A stretch of 64,000 bases of DNA from Ylistrum balloti (lineage: Eukaryota): positions 3,410,001 to 3,474,000 of the forward strand of contig NW_026781942.1 of the NCBI RefSeq assembly GCF_031769215.1, in the 5' to 3' direction. The position numbers and the translations under genes are program-made. The notes beneath the pieces are model-generated. The model was not told where the DNA came from. It did not search any database and worked only from the letters and a program-made list of their open reading frames with translations. Below are positions 13,461-27,459 of the stretch, in pieces. Position 1 is the first letter of the stretch; each line of letters begins with the position of its first letter.

Positions 13461-14717
13461 TTGGGGAAATCTTCATATCCTGTGAGAACTTACAAAAGAT
13501 ATGGATAGAGAAGTGAACATCTTGATGTTGTGTTCTGGGGCAAACACCTGGAATCTCAGGCTTTATTCACTATAGAGAAATATAGAGAATAAATATTAAC
13601 AGTATAACAATCAAAATGGGCCCTGGTTTCCTTTAACAAGCCCACCTCTGACTTAAAAAAAGGTTTTATGTTGGCCTCTTGAGCTTATGGCACATGTAAT
13701 ACAGTGCTTTCAATAATCTATAAATAAATGTTCAAAGGATATCAGGATAGGATTTTGAACGGAGGATATTAGAAAAGAGATTTTTCATTATTAGTGTCAC
13801 CAACTGTTGTTTTAAGGATTAAAAAAATGTAAAATGATTGTAAATCTTGTTAGTGTTGCCCTGAAGCACTCAGAAATTTCAGTTTTCACTTTAGTAATCA
13901 CTGTAGTGTGTTCTTATTAGGAAGGACTTTGTACAGGCCATTTTTGCATCTTGTCCTGAGATTTCTTCTACAACATATGAGGTCGTGCAGCTTCTCATAA
14001 TTAATATGGATTTTTTCCGAACCAATTTTTAGAAAAGACAATGAGCGACATGGTTATGGATGAAATTGTCCCAGTTTATTGATTTGATGAGAATATTTGT
14101 TGTGGAAGGACAAAGCTGGCTTGACTGGACAATGGCTAATTTGACGCTTGACCAGAGGTGGGTTTGACTTTCACCACCTGTTTCAGTTATCGATGTGACC
14201 TATTATGAACCCCTGTCATGCTTGAGAGGGTTGTGTTGACATATGGTGTTTTAATCAGTTGTAAAGTTGATGTCAGAATAAGATGATAAAAGTTGGACCT
14301 TTCAGGGTAAACAAAATAATCTGATATTTCAAGGCAGACCTTCCTTGATATGCAGGGCATAGGTAGAATTAAATCCTGCAGATACTGAGGTCAAATTATC
14401 CATTGGAAATACAAGGTACAGTTTTGATATGTAATGGTTTGGAGTTTTTCCCTTTGGAAAAGCAAGGTGCTATTTCATTCAGTTTGTCATAGAAAAAATA
14501 AGAGTGTTTGAAGTTTGATATCAAAATTATAAATTTCAAACATCTATAAAGAGTTGTAGATTTGAATTCAGATGAATTTGTTTTTATGTGTAATAGGACG
14601 AGTTGGAGTTCCAGGCAAATCTCACAGATATCCTAAAATTAGTGGCTCCTGAAATCCCACATCATGGGGGCACAAGCCAATTGAGTTCAATATTTGCTAT
14701 TTTATGATTTTTGAACT

Positions 14718-14972
14718 ACATTGATAAAATAAAGCACTCTCTGTGTATAATTCATTTGCAAACTTAAATGTTCCATTGACGATCTTGATGAAGTGCCTTC
14801 CATTGTCTGTTATATCTAGAATCTTCGGTCAACATAACGGTTAACATATTATAAGAAAGGGTGTGGCTTATGTTCCAATTCATCTTATATGTGGATCATA
14901 TAAAAAAAAAAATTGCTAAAAACCAGCTCTGCGGCTTATACTCAGGTGCTGTTTATAGACTGGAAAATAGGA
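14718..14972 (+). mobile_element. Right-end fragment of a Tc2/pogo-like (TA|CCGTA-type) MITE, copy 1
   Basis: Homologous to 15137-15356 and 47837-48039 (shared tctgtgtataattcattt ... tggatca). Ends tgcggcttatactcaggtgctgtttatagactggaaaatagga, a decayed form of TGCGGCTTATA...CCGGAAAATACGG|TA. Confidence 0.55.
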
Positions 14973-15136
14973 AATGGTGGGTCTTGAGCCCTTAAGGCCA
15001 GATGGGTAGGGTCAGATGGGTGGGGTCAGATGGATGGGGCCCAGTATGGAAAATCTATTAAATTCTTTAAAATCTATCTTGCTCTTCAGGAATTAAAGGA
15101 TATTGTCTGGACTTGGTCTGAAGCATGCTTGGATTG

Positions 15137-15356
15137 TCTGTGTATAATTCATTTACTAACTTTATTAAGTTTCACTGACGAACTTGATATATTGCCCTCA
15201 GTTGTCTGTTATATCGATGCACTTCGGTCAATGTAACAGTTACCACTTTGTACCACTTCTGCCGAAACTGATAGGTGGATCAAATCGAAAAATTTGGTTA
15301 GAAAGCAGCTGTGCAGCTTATATACGGATGTAACATATAACCCGGAAAATACAGCA
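15137..15356 (+). mobile_element. Right-end fragment of a Tc2/pogo-like MITE, copy 2
   Basis: Ends tgcagcttatatacgg...ataacccggaaaatacagca. It is separated from copy 1 by a HINE-subunit-like fragment (about 14990-15133, ttggtctgaagcatgcttgg). Confidence 0.5.
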
Positions 15357-16149
15357 TAATATAGACAGTGATTTACAAAATTATAAATGTCACTTTTCCT
15401 CCTGTGTGGAAATTCACATGGGAATACTAGAAAAAGAATATATATATAAATTGTCAATAGCCTATTCTAGGAACATTTCTCCAGACCTGCTGATGTCACA
15501 ATTGGACTTTTCTCCTTTGGTTGTTGTTTGTCTCTCACCCTTACAAATCTGAATGGCCAGCCCTCCACCATCTAGATACCAGCATCATCATCCCTACACT
15601 GGAATACAGGAGGAGGGCAATGCCTGTGCCCCCACCTGCTACCTGGTAACTCCTGTTCTGGCGTCCTCCGAGGTTTGCACCTTCCTTTTGTTCATAAGAC
15701 CACTGAGCAGCATCCGTCCTTCTGTGAGTATGTACCTGATATTTTCCCTGTCCAGGTCTTATGAGTGTTTCTCATCCTCTGCAGCCTCCTCTCTTCTCAG
15801 CCAGTGATGTTACATGTACTACTGGAACATCTGCTGCATATACCTGCCCACACCGACCACCGACCACTCTGCAACTTGTCTAGGTCTGGAAAGTGTATGG
15901 CATTCCAGTGTTTTCAGCTTCTTGTGTGTTGTGTGCAATTTGCTAGCACTGGAACAAACCTCCATGGGGCACTTCTTTCCTTCAGGGACCCAGACAACCC
16001 TCATATCAATTTCCTTAGTTTATTTCCCTCCACGATCAGGCCTAGTATATCTGCTATTGTGTAATTATGACAGCATTTTGTTTTATATTAGAAATGCTGT
16101 TAGAGTGAACATATAAACCAATGTAAAAAACAAGTCACTCCATATAACC

Positions 16150-16475
16150 ATCTACAGGGAGAATATTATTTTTGGTTTATCAATTCTTCCAGCCCTTGTC
16201 CTAACAGGGCAATTTATTTCTGCTAGTCTGGTGGCACATTCTAGTTCTCCAGAAGAATCAGGATAATCCAAGGTTTGGAAAACCCTCCAACTGAGGTTTG
16301 GTGACAGCTGCCCTTTTCCAACATTTAGGCACAGATAGTCCCTGATAGGGTTTTGTGTCATCAATGTGTATGTGGTATTTCCTTCCCCAAGGGAATTTTT
16401 GAACCACACACATACTTCTGATACTTTCCCTGTAACTTTATAAGGCCCTGTCCATCCCAGTCGCTTCACCGGTTT
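16150..16475 (-). mobile_element. Decayed Ty3/Gypsy LTR-retrotransposon integrase C-terminal (GPY/F) fragment, frameshifted
   Basis: Minus strand reads RLGWTGPYKVTGKVSEV. After a frameshift it reads GRKYHIHIDDTKPYQGLSVPKCW (matching the Gypsy VHxDxLKPY motif). The first frame ends PVRTRAGRIDKP. No LTR, RT or integrase core seen. Confidence 0.7.
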
Positions 16476-16586
16476 GTGATAGGAAGGAGTAATACATAAG
16501 TATAATGTGTTTGTCTTAACTTTGATTCATTCCAAATTAGAACTAGCACTTTTTTTCTGGTCTGTTGCCTCAAAATGATCATGGCT

Positions 16587-17208
16587 GTTCATGGGAGATG
16601 AACTAAACCCACAGTTCATGGGGAGATGAACTAAATCAACAGTTCATGGGGAGATAAACTGAACCAACAGTTCACTGGGGGATAAACTGAACCCACAGTT
16701 CATGGGGAGATAAACTGAACCAACAGTTCATGGGGAAATAAACTGAACCCACAGTTCATGGGGAGATGAACTAAACCAACAGTTCTTGGGGAGATAAACT
16801 GAACCCACAGTTCATGGGGAGATGAACTAAACCCACAGTTCATGGGGAGATAAACTGAACCAACAGTTCATGGGGAGATAAACTGAACCAACAGTTCATG
16901 GGGAGATAAATTGAACCAGCAGTTCATGGGGAGGTAAACTGAACCCACAGTTCATGGGGAGATAAATTGAACCAGCAGTTCATGGGGAGGTAAACTGAAC
17001 CCACAGTTCATGGGGAGATAAATTGAACCAACAGTTCATTGGGAGATAAATTGAACCAGCAGTTCATGGGGAGATAAACTGAACCCACAGTTCATGGGGA
17101 GATAAATTGAACCAGCAGTTCATGGGGAGATAAACTGAACCCACAGTTCATGGGGAGATAAATTGAACCAGCAGTTCATGGGGAGATGAACTGAACCCAC
17201 AGTTCATG
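16587..17208. repeat. 28-bp minisatellite, about 22 copies
   Basis: Unit aactgaacccacagttcatggggagata. Confidence 0.95.
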
Positions 17209-17384
17209 AACAGAGAGAATACAGAGTTTATTGCATAGATTCATACACAGGATATGTTGTTAACTTGGTAAATATTATAAATTGCCAGAACATCTCTACA
17301 CTCCCTAATTAGGTTCAGGTGTTGGATGTAGTCAGGGAATTCATGATTGTATAAAAGGTGTTAACTTATTACTTATATTATTCA

Positions 17385-17558
17385 GAGAATGGTCAGCATG
17401 TCTTCTGAGAATGGTCAACAACATTTCTGAAAATGGTCAGCACATTTTCTGAGAATGGTCAGCACATTTTCTGAGATTGGTCAGCATGTCTTCTGAGAAT
17501 GGTCAACACATTTTATGAGATTGGTCAGCATATTGTTGGAGAATGGTTGGCATATTTT
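17385..17558. repeat. 22-bp degenerate minisatellite, about 8 copies
   Basis: Unit gagaatggtcagcacattttct. Confidence 0.9.
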
Positions 17559-19235
17559 TTCCCTTGACAATTGAACATCCATGTTAAGATTGCTGCTTTG
17601 AGGATGAAAAGAAAAAATATAAAAAACCCATATATCCAATTATAATTGAGTGAGTATGACGTCTGTGTTTGATTTCACTGGTGCTGGGTAAAAGTGTAAG
17701 ACCGCAAAATAGAAAGTTATAAAATTATTGACCCATTTGGATGTAAATTCAAGGATTTACAATCCCATCAAGGTGGTATTTCTTTTTGGTTTTGAACTCT
17801 TATATTCACTTCATTTTCACAGATTCTGTTTTGGTGTAGCATTGCAATATAATTAGACATAGTAAGAGAAGTGTTTTGACCAATCAGTGTGTAGGGAAAA
17901 AAAATTCTATTAGAAATTATCTGGGTTAATTGGCTTTTTGGAGACAGCAAAACTACTAACAACATCAGGATAATCACAAACACTGAATCACCAGCTATCT
18001 AAACATTCTCGTCATGTGGAAGTAAGATTTGGATATAACTGGATTTAGTTTTTTCCATTTTTTTCTTTCTTTTTTTTTCGATTTTGTCAAATTTAGGCAA
18101 TAACAGTTGGTTAGAATAACAATGGAGTTGGCTAGATACCAGAGGTAGGATTGTATCAGACTCGGAATAGCTGTACATGCTGTCTTGAAGTCTCGGCTTG
18201 TACGTTGTTAGACAATAATATTGCATGTTGTATGTTTTGTCCCGGCAGTTTGGCATCATTATAATACAGTGTAAAAGTCCTGGGAATTTCTAGCCAATAA
18301 ATGTCACTGTTTTAGATGGTTTGTGTAGGATTTTTGTTTAAGCAAGAATACATTTGTCTCACAGGTAATCATATTAATGGTGGACCTGCCCTACTTTGCC
18401 AAGGAAATATTCCAAAGTGTTAAAGCAAGTTTTTAGATATTGTACTATTCCCTTCATGGTAATGAGTATATAGCTTTAGCTATAATTATGTTGATATAGG
18501 ACTGTAATTATAACCACTGCAACAAAGTTCCAGGGTATATTGGAACCTCCCTGTCTGACCGTTTGATCTTTGTTTGTCATGAATATTGTGTCATGTGTAT
18601 ATAAAATAGTGTTGAAGCAATATAATAAACTGGACGTACCATGTTCTTATGATATATGGTTGTGTATTTTCTTTTTTTTCGTAAAATTTTGACACGTTTA
18701 GTAGATGATGACCAAATGAAGACCGCTTGAAGGAATCTTGTTGGGACAACCCTTCCCTAAACCTTCAGTTGATTAAACAGAGGGAGGGGGGTGGGGTTTA
18801 TTGCCTAACCATCCAAGTGGCAGTTCTAGTCTGGTATACAGTCGTCAGTTTAAGATTTGGTTATGTTCCCTTAATTTGACCCAGAGTTACATTAACTTAA
18901 TTTGGGAAGTTTTAATTGAAATTATCACAGAAATAATGACCAGAAGTGGAGAGCCTTGTCTAACTCCAGTGGGGAATATAAAACACCCCTTGACATAGCA
19001 AATAACAGTAAAAAGTTGTATGTGTCACTTCAACAATTTTTGTAAGTTTTCAGACTTCCTCAAAAAGATTTACGTATTTTGATAAAACCTGTTATCCTTG
19101 GAGAGTTGTAACATCTTATTTAATCTATTATAGTTGTAACCCATTTCTTGAAAAACTTTAAAATATAGAGATAGCAGGAACAATTACACAATCAAAATAT
19201 ATATTATATATATAATCTTTATATTCTAGCAACTT

Positions 19236-19333
19236 ATTCATTCAAAGAGAAATGATAAAGAGTGATAGAGTGATAAGAGAGGAAATTCATTCAAAGAGAA
19301 ATGATAAAGAGTGATAGAGTGATAAGAGAGGAA
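19236..19333. repeat. Exact 49-bp tandem duplication
   Basis: attcattcaaagagaaatgataaagagtgatagagtgataagagaggaa occurs twice in tandem. Confidence 0.9.
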
Positions 19334-20805
19334 TATGTAAAAGTTTCTGACAGCAAAAATAAAGAAAAAGAAAAACTGTTACCATGGTACCCAAATGAAT
19401 AATTTCAAGTTAAGCTGGCAATCTTGTTTGAAGAAATAATGGATTTTCAAAAGATGTAAGAACTCCATAATTTAAAACTAATTTGTAAATGTGCCTCCAT
19501 GCCGGTTGGTGAGTACAGTTGCCTCCCTTGTCACCCAGGAACTTCCATGGATGATGACGTTAGCTTAGACCAAGTTTATGGTTTTCGGTTCACATCATCT
19601 ACAACTTTTATGAAGATTTGATGGGTGTGTTACTGAGAATTATGTTCTACAGGGTGAAGTTGAAACAAAGTGCAAGACACACAGACATAAATTCTACTTC
19701 CTGGAAAGGAGATCTGTTTAGATTTGTTCAGAGGATTAACCAATACTATTAAAAGCATTATTAAGTTTTTAAATATTACATAGTAGTGCATTGGGGAATT
19801 TGCATGCGTCAATATGTATTGGAGAAAATAAAATGTTCAAAGTCTCCATTTATCTCAATTATGGATTGATGCTTTAAGCATGGAAGTGTCAAAATAAGTT
19901 ATTGCCAAACTTTATACATAAGTTTTATTGTGAGAGAGAGTAACTTGAAATATTATTCGACCTGAAACATGACTTGAAAATGAATTGTTGTATGCTTATC
20001 TATGAACACCAAAATTTATGTCTTCTGGAGCAAACTTTTCCTTCTGCATTTAGTCACTTTTGTTGCACATTTCTCTGCTAAAAGGAATGCTATGACCTTG
20101 GATAACCTTGGATGTAGGGAAATCCTGACAATCATAAGAACTTTGCTGTAAATAAGCTGATTTAAAATTTAGAGCTATAAAGTCATTAGAAATTGTGCTT
20201 ACATAGTTATTTACAAAAGCCAAACCATCATCTTGATAGAAATGTTTGAATTGGTAGATAATAGATACTCTCCATTCTGTGCAGTTTTTGACTGTATATT
20301 GTTGAAATGGCATAAAGCTGAAATTCACCTGATCAGTGCCATGGAGTCCAACTTTTGTTTATCTTCTATGTAGAAACTATAAGCAGGAACAGTGCTGATA
20401 CTGTATTAAGACCTGTATAATAAGGAATCCATTACAGTTTTTGATACATCTGTTTGAAAGCATTGTGACTTGCTGTTTTTCAGCATGAAGGTTTCAATTA
20501 ATCATTCTGCTAGGACAAATTTTGAGGTCCTCTGAGACAACGTTTCAAGTGACCTCGGATGACCGTGACCATGTATTGTCCATCTCTAACAATTTACATT
20601 TTACAGTAAGACCTTGACCTTCATTCACATTGGTCAAATATGCTAAACTATAACAACAGACAGTGTTATCAGTTCTGTGTGGTTGAAAGTTAAGTCCTTT
20701 GAAACAATGAAAACTTTGTAAGAATGCCTATATCATTTCTGTTTTGTCTGCCAAAATGCTGGGAATGATGGACAGGTTCTTTAACTGTCCAATGACCTGA
20801 AATCC

Positions 20806-20839
20806 TCAGATGACCATTAAGGCCCATGGGCCAGTTGTT
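20806..20839 (+). mobile_element. Orphan HINE-type 3' end (hairpin)
   Basis: tcagatgaccattaaggcccatgggccagttgtt contains a GGCCC-AT-GGGCC hairpin followed by ttgtt. Confidence 0.5.
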
Positions 20840-22560
20840 GAAATATTAAGATCAAATTCTGAAATGACAATAAAAAAATTGATACCTATATTGGAAAGAT
20901 GGCTAAGATATAAGAACATGAACCTTCTGCTGTCTTAATTTGTTTTAATTGTGAATTTGAAACTCATTTTTCTGTTAAATTGTTGAAATTTATGCATCTG
21001 TTTTTTTGGTTCTATTTGTTGCTTAAGAAAATATGCTCTAGTGTTTTATTTTATTTAAGAAAGGCTTTATTCACTAGAGACATTATTTTTTTGTACAAAA
21101 TTTCATTAGATCAAATCATCCACACATACAGAAACATTCCAGCATGTTCGCTTTGCTAACAGAACCAGTCTCTGTAGTGAGCGATCATGCGACAGAATTA
21201 CCAGGACGAAGAAAGGTCATTGATTTTGGAGCTGGTCTACCATAGGTCTGCCAATACTCAAGAATGCAAGTTTACAGTCCTAGGAGAATTTCAACCAACA
21301 AACACTGATGTTTTGTGTTTTTTAAACATAAAAATAAACAGATGTACAAGCAGCATTTTCGTCCTGCAGACATCACAACAGTTGTTCAACATCTTTTTGT
21401 TTGCTCTTTCTATTCTTTTTCCAATTCTGTGGCCTTTTTAATGATATATTTTTCTGATATTATGGTTTTTATTAAGAGTACTTTCATTTAAATATGTTTT
21501 TTGGGGCTTTTCATTTTCTATTCAATTGTTCTGCTGTGTTAATTGCTCCATGAACTACCATGTCATTTTGGAAGGGTTTTGGGATGTAGGGATGGTTACC
21601 TCCTCTTGTAATATCTGGTGACTACCACACTGAACAACATTAGGGAGGCCAATGCCGTTACTAGCAGTCTTGGTTAAGTGACTTTCCAAAGGCCATAACA
21701 AAGATGGTCCCTTAGCTTCTTGAAAGACACAAACCACCACAATATCGAACACCAACCACATACTTTGGATTTTCACCTGAGATTTGACTTTCACGTGAGA
21801 TTTGAATTTTGCCTGAGATTGCTTAGTCCAATGCTGTACTGAATTAGCTGTCACAGTCCATCCTTTCTGATTTGTTCTTATTTAAGGCAGACTTGAAAAT
21901 AACTTTCAATCTGTCAACTTTAAATGATTTGGGAAGTATATGTCATGTCAAAGATGTTTTGAACCTGCTTGGATTAAATAAGACCATGCGTACTTTTTAA
22001 AAAAAAAATGAAATCCTATCGTCAGAATAATTTGACATTTATCAAACTGAAATTTCAACAGAGAAACGAATGAAACTGACAGAAAATGTGTCTTGCATAA
22101 TATTCCAGATTTACATGGTAAGGAATTAAATGTTTAAAGGACAGGTTTTTTTAAAATCCCTATTCTTTCCAATGCATTTGCTGTGGTAGTTATTACACAA
22201 AGCTATTCATAAAAATTCTATTCAAAATACATTTCATTGAAAAGGGTTTAACATACTGACATTTCCACGTGAAGGATAAACTTTAAAAAAAATGGTGAAA
22301 CCTTTATATCAGATATAGCTTCCTGTTGTACTTCATGTGATTGGAAATGTAATGATTTGATGGCTTTATTGGTAAGATATACTCTATAGCTCATGTACCA
22401 TCCTGAAACATCAAATATAAACAAAATTGTCCTAGCACCAACCCCAAATAAAAGAGTGCTTATTTTGATACCGTATATAACATAATAAAGGCTTTCATAC
22501 AGCATTAGTGTGTGTTAGAGATTATCAAGGTCATGATGTTGTTGAAAGGCTATAGCTGTC

Positions 22561-25286
22561 TACTGAAAGGTGAAGGATGGGAGAGGTGGAAAAATTACAC
22601 CAATATATGTACTGATCCTGAAAGGTGAAGGAGTGAAGCGGTGGAAAAATTCCACTAATATATGTACTGATCCTGAAAGGTGAAGGAGTGAAGCGGTGGA
22701 AAAATTCCACTAATATATGTACTGATACTGAAAGGTGAAGGAGTGAAGCGGTGGAAAAATTCCACTAATATATGTACTGATACTGAAAGGTGAAGGAGTG
22801 AAGTGGTGGAAAAATTCCACTAATATATGTACTGATACTGAAAGGTGAAGGAGTGAAGTGGTGGAAAAATTCCACTAATATATGTACTGATACTGAAAGG
22901 AGGAGGAGTGAAGTGGTGGAAAAATTCCACTAATATATGTACTGATACTGAAAGGAGGAGGAGTGAAGTGGTGGAAAAATTCCACTAATATATGTACTGA
23001 TACTGAAAGGAGGAGGAGTGAAGTGGTGGAAAAATTCCACTAATATATGTACTGATACTGAAAGATGAAGGACTGAAACGGTGGAAAAATTCCACTAATA
23101 TATGTACTGATACTGAAAGGTGAAGGAGTGAAGCGATGGAAAAATTCCACTAATATATGTACTGATACTGAAAGGTGAAGGAGTGAGCGGTGGAAAAATT
23201 CCACTAATATATGTACTGATACTGAAAGGAGGAGGAGTGAAGTGGTGGAAAAATTCCACTAATATATGTACTGATACTGAAAAAGGAGGAGGAAAGGTGA
23301 AGTGGTGGAAAAATTCCACTAATATATGTACTGATACTGAAAGGAGGAGTGAGTGAAGTGGTGGAAAAATTCCACTAATATATGTACTGATACTGAAAGA
23401 TGAAGGACTGAAACGGTGGAAAAATTCCACTAATATATGTACTGATACTGAAAGGTGAAGGAGTGAAGCGATGGAAAAATTCCACTAATATATGTACTGA
23501 TACTGAAAGGTGAAGGAGTGAGCGGTGGAAAAACTCCACTAATATATGTACTGATACTGAAAGGAGGAGGAGTGAAGTGGTGGAAAAATTCCACTAATAT
23601 ATGTACTGATACTGAAAGGTGAAGGACTGAAGCGGTGGAAAAATTCCACTAATATATGTACTGATACTGAAAGGTGAAGGAGTGAAGTGGTGGAAAAATT
23701 CCACTAATATATGTACTGATACTGAAAGGTGAAGGAGTGAAGTGGTGGAAAAATTCCACTAATATATGTACTGATACTGAAAGGTGAAGGAGTGAAGTGG
23801 TGGAAAAATTCCACTAATATATGAAGGAGTGTACTAATATATGTACTGATACTGAAAGGTGAAGGAGTGAAGTGGTGGAAAAATTCCACTAATATATGTA
23901 CTATATACTGAAAGGTGAAGGAGTGAGCGGTGGAAAAATTCCACTAATATATGTACTGATACTGAAAGGAGGAGGAGTGAAGCGGTGGAAAAATTCCACT
24001 AATATATGTACTGATACTGAAAGGTGAAGGAGTGAAGCGGTGGAAAAATTCCACTAATATATGTACTGATACTGAAAGGTGAAGGAGTGAAGTGGTGGAA
24101 AAATTCCACTAATATATGTACTGATACTGAAAGGTGAGGAGGAGTGAAAAATTCCACTAATATATGTAAGCGGTGGAAAAATTCCACTAATATAAAAATG
24201 AAAGGTGAAGGAGTGAAGTGGTGGAAAAAATATATATGTACTGATACTGAAAGGTGAAGGAGTGAAGTGGTGGAAAAATTCCACTAATATATGTACTGAT
24301 ACTGAAAGGTGAAGGAGTGAAGTGGTGGAAAAATTCCACTAATATATGTACTGATACTGAAAGGTGAAGGAGTGAAACGGTGGAAAAAAACCCAATAATA
24401 TATGTACTGATACTGAAAGGTGAAGGAGTGAAGTGGTGGAAAAATTCCACTAATATATGTACTGATACTGAAAGGTGAAGGAGTGAAGTGGTGGAAAAAT
24501 TCCACTAATATATGTACTGATACTGAAAGGTGAAGGAGTGAGCGGTGGAAAAATTCCACTAATATATGTACTGATACTGAAAGGAGGAGGAGTGAAGCGG
24601 TGGAAAAATTCCACTAATATATGTACTGATACTGAAAGGTGAAGGAGTGAAGCGGTGGAAAAATTCCACTAATATATGTACTGATACTGAAAGGTGAAGG
24701 AGTGAAGTGGTGGAAAAATTCCACTAATATATGTACTGATACTGAAAGGTGAAGGAGTGAAGTGGTGGAAAAATTCCACTAATATATGTACTGATACTGA
24801 AAGGAGGAGGAGTGAGCGGTGGAAAAATTCCACTAATATATGTACTGATACTGAAAGGAGGAGGAGTGAAGTGGTGGAAAAATTCCACTAATATATGTAC
24901 TGATACTGAAAGGTGAAGGAGTGAGCGGTGGAAAAATTCCACTAATATATGTACTGATACTGAAAGGAGGAGGAGTGAAGTGGTGGAAAAATTCCACTAA
25001 TATATGTACTGATACTGAAAGGTGAAGGAGTGAGTGGTGGAAAAATTTCACTAATATATGTACTGATACTGAAAGGTGAAGGAGTGAAGCGGTGGAAAAA
25101 TTCCACTAATATATGTACTGATACTGAAAGGTGAAGGAGTGAAGTGATGGAAAAATTCCACTAATATATGTACTGATACTGAAAGGTGGAGGAGTGAGCG
25201 GTGGAAAAATTCCACTAATATATGTACTGATACTGAAAGGAGGAGGAGTGAAGTGGTGGAAAAATTACACTAATATATGTACTGAT
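22561..25286. repeat. 55-bp minisatellite, about 50 copies, with a palindromic core
   Basis: Unit gtactgatactgaaaggtgaaggagtgaagtggtggaaaaattccactaatatat; scrambled patch at about 23820-24240. Confidence 0.97.
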
Positions 25287-27414
25287 TTTAAAGAAAATAA
25301 AACTTTATTGAGAAATAAAACCATATCGGGGAATAGGATGACCAAAACTATCCACAGTTTGCTTGGCTTATTGCCCAATCAACGGACAAGGTCATCTTGA
25401 GTCTTTGTTGTATCTATTTAAAACCTCAGTGAACATCATAAGGGAAGCCCATTGCAAATCATCCAGATGATTGGTCTAACATGTTTTGCCACAGGACACA
25501 AACACAACATTGCAGGTTGGTCCATTTCTCAGCTTCCTGTGAAACACCATGAGTAGGATTGGTTGAACCATGCACCTTAACTTGTCATCTGAGGTTATAT
25601 GAAGGTCAACAGTCTAACTTGCTGAGCTATCATTGCCTCTATTTTCCACATACCTTGAATGATTATTAAAAGAAGGGAATATTGCAACCAGATATTTGAC
25701 ATTTAATCATCTTTGCCTGCATGTTACTGTCAAATATAACATGTTGTTTTTTATCTACATATTCTCTATGCCTTGTACCAGATAGTGATAAGTACCCAAC
25801 AGACTAAAACCTTGTAGTCATAAAATGTGTTTTATCATTTCTTTGATACAAAAGAAAATGATTCAATTTCAGGAAAAAGTAAAGAAATAAGATGGATGGA
25901 GTGACAGGGAAGTGTGATTGAATTTTGATACATTTCTTTCCTGGTTTATGGTATAAGGGTTTACTGTTTAAATTTCCCAGGAGACATAAACATGCATTTT
26001 GATTCTGTAATTTATTTCTTCAATGAAGATAATGGCAAAAATTCAAATTCAATTTTGAGGCTAAAAATGTGTAAAAATGGTTACTTATGGCTTTGTCATA
26101 AAAGAACATGTGAAATCAACCAAAAAATCTATCACAGACAAGATTTTAAGATTTTAAATGATTGAAGGATAATTTTATCTTCATATTTTTAAATTCTGAT
26201 GAATGTCATTAATTTTGCCAGCTATTCTGCTGATTACTTTATCTAGTACTTTATTAAGACTGTATCACACTGCATACAATCTACCTTATGAATTTATATA
26301 CATTAACCATACAGACTAATGTTAGGGTCCTCTCCCTCAGCAGTACATGTTTAACATTGTACCTATTGTGACTGTTATAGAGTGGTCTCATCCAAGCATA
26401 CATTACTATCATACATGCATACCGATGTCTGAGTACAAGTTTCATTTATCTTAAGGGTGTATGCTCCCTCAAATCAATATAGATTATTTCCCTGGGAAAA
26501 CAGTCAACCTTAAACTTATAACTTATATTTTACATTACATGTGCTATGGTTTGTTTAAATTTTTTTGTCTGTCTTAAGGGTGTATGTATGCTTTCATTAA
26601 ACATACTGTCAAAATATGTTGGGAGTTATTTTCCTGAAGGTTACAAGCTACCTTGCAATTCATATTGTGAGTCTGTTAGAGTTAGTTTCTTAGTATGTAT
26701 GCTTCCATATTAATGTTTTAGCCAAATTTTTATCTGTCTGAAAGGTGTATGCTTCCTGAAACATTTCACTGGTCAGTATAATGTAGAGTTATCTCCCTGA
26801 AGGGTACAGTTACCTTTGGTTTGATGTCTTGAGTTTCTGTCAGAGTTTATCATACTGTTTGGTCTTAATTCTTCTCTTATTTTTATGGTAAATATGGTAC
26901 CAGAACAAAAAATCTATAGCTTTCCTCCACAAATGCACCAGTCTGATGATGGGAAGTTCCTTTGTAACATAATACAATGTTTCCTGGGATCAAATTGCAC
27001 ATTCCTGTAGATACTTTCGTATTAAAGTGAAATCGATCAGAGTGGATGCAGGATGAAATTTAATTTTTATCTTGATACCAACTCCAGAACAGACAGTTCT
27101 TCCTGAAATCTATAGGTGTTCTAAAACAGTTGGAATTTAGGGAGATACACATTTACACTTTGGAGAGAGGTGTTTGGCTAACATTTGAATTTAAATGTTC
27201 TAGAGGTAAAATACAATATGTTTGATAATAGTAACTGCTATTGCTTGAAGAAAGGATTTTGTTTCTTAAGGCCAAGCTATCTAAATTGTTGAGTGTTCTT
27301 GCCTTCTAAAATATAAATAGAAAAAATTATAATTTCTTTTTTCTGTATAAAAGTGAAATTTGTAAATAGTGAATATTCTTTTAAACACCATGACTATTGC
27401 ATCATAAAGGAACA

Positions 27415-27459
27415 CCCCCCCCCCCCCCCCCCCCCCCCCACAAAAAAAAAAAAAAAAAA
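27415..27459. repeat. C25 homopolymer abutting A18
   Basis: C run 27415-27439, then ac, then A run 27442-27459. Confidence 0.85.
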
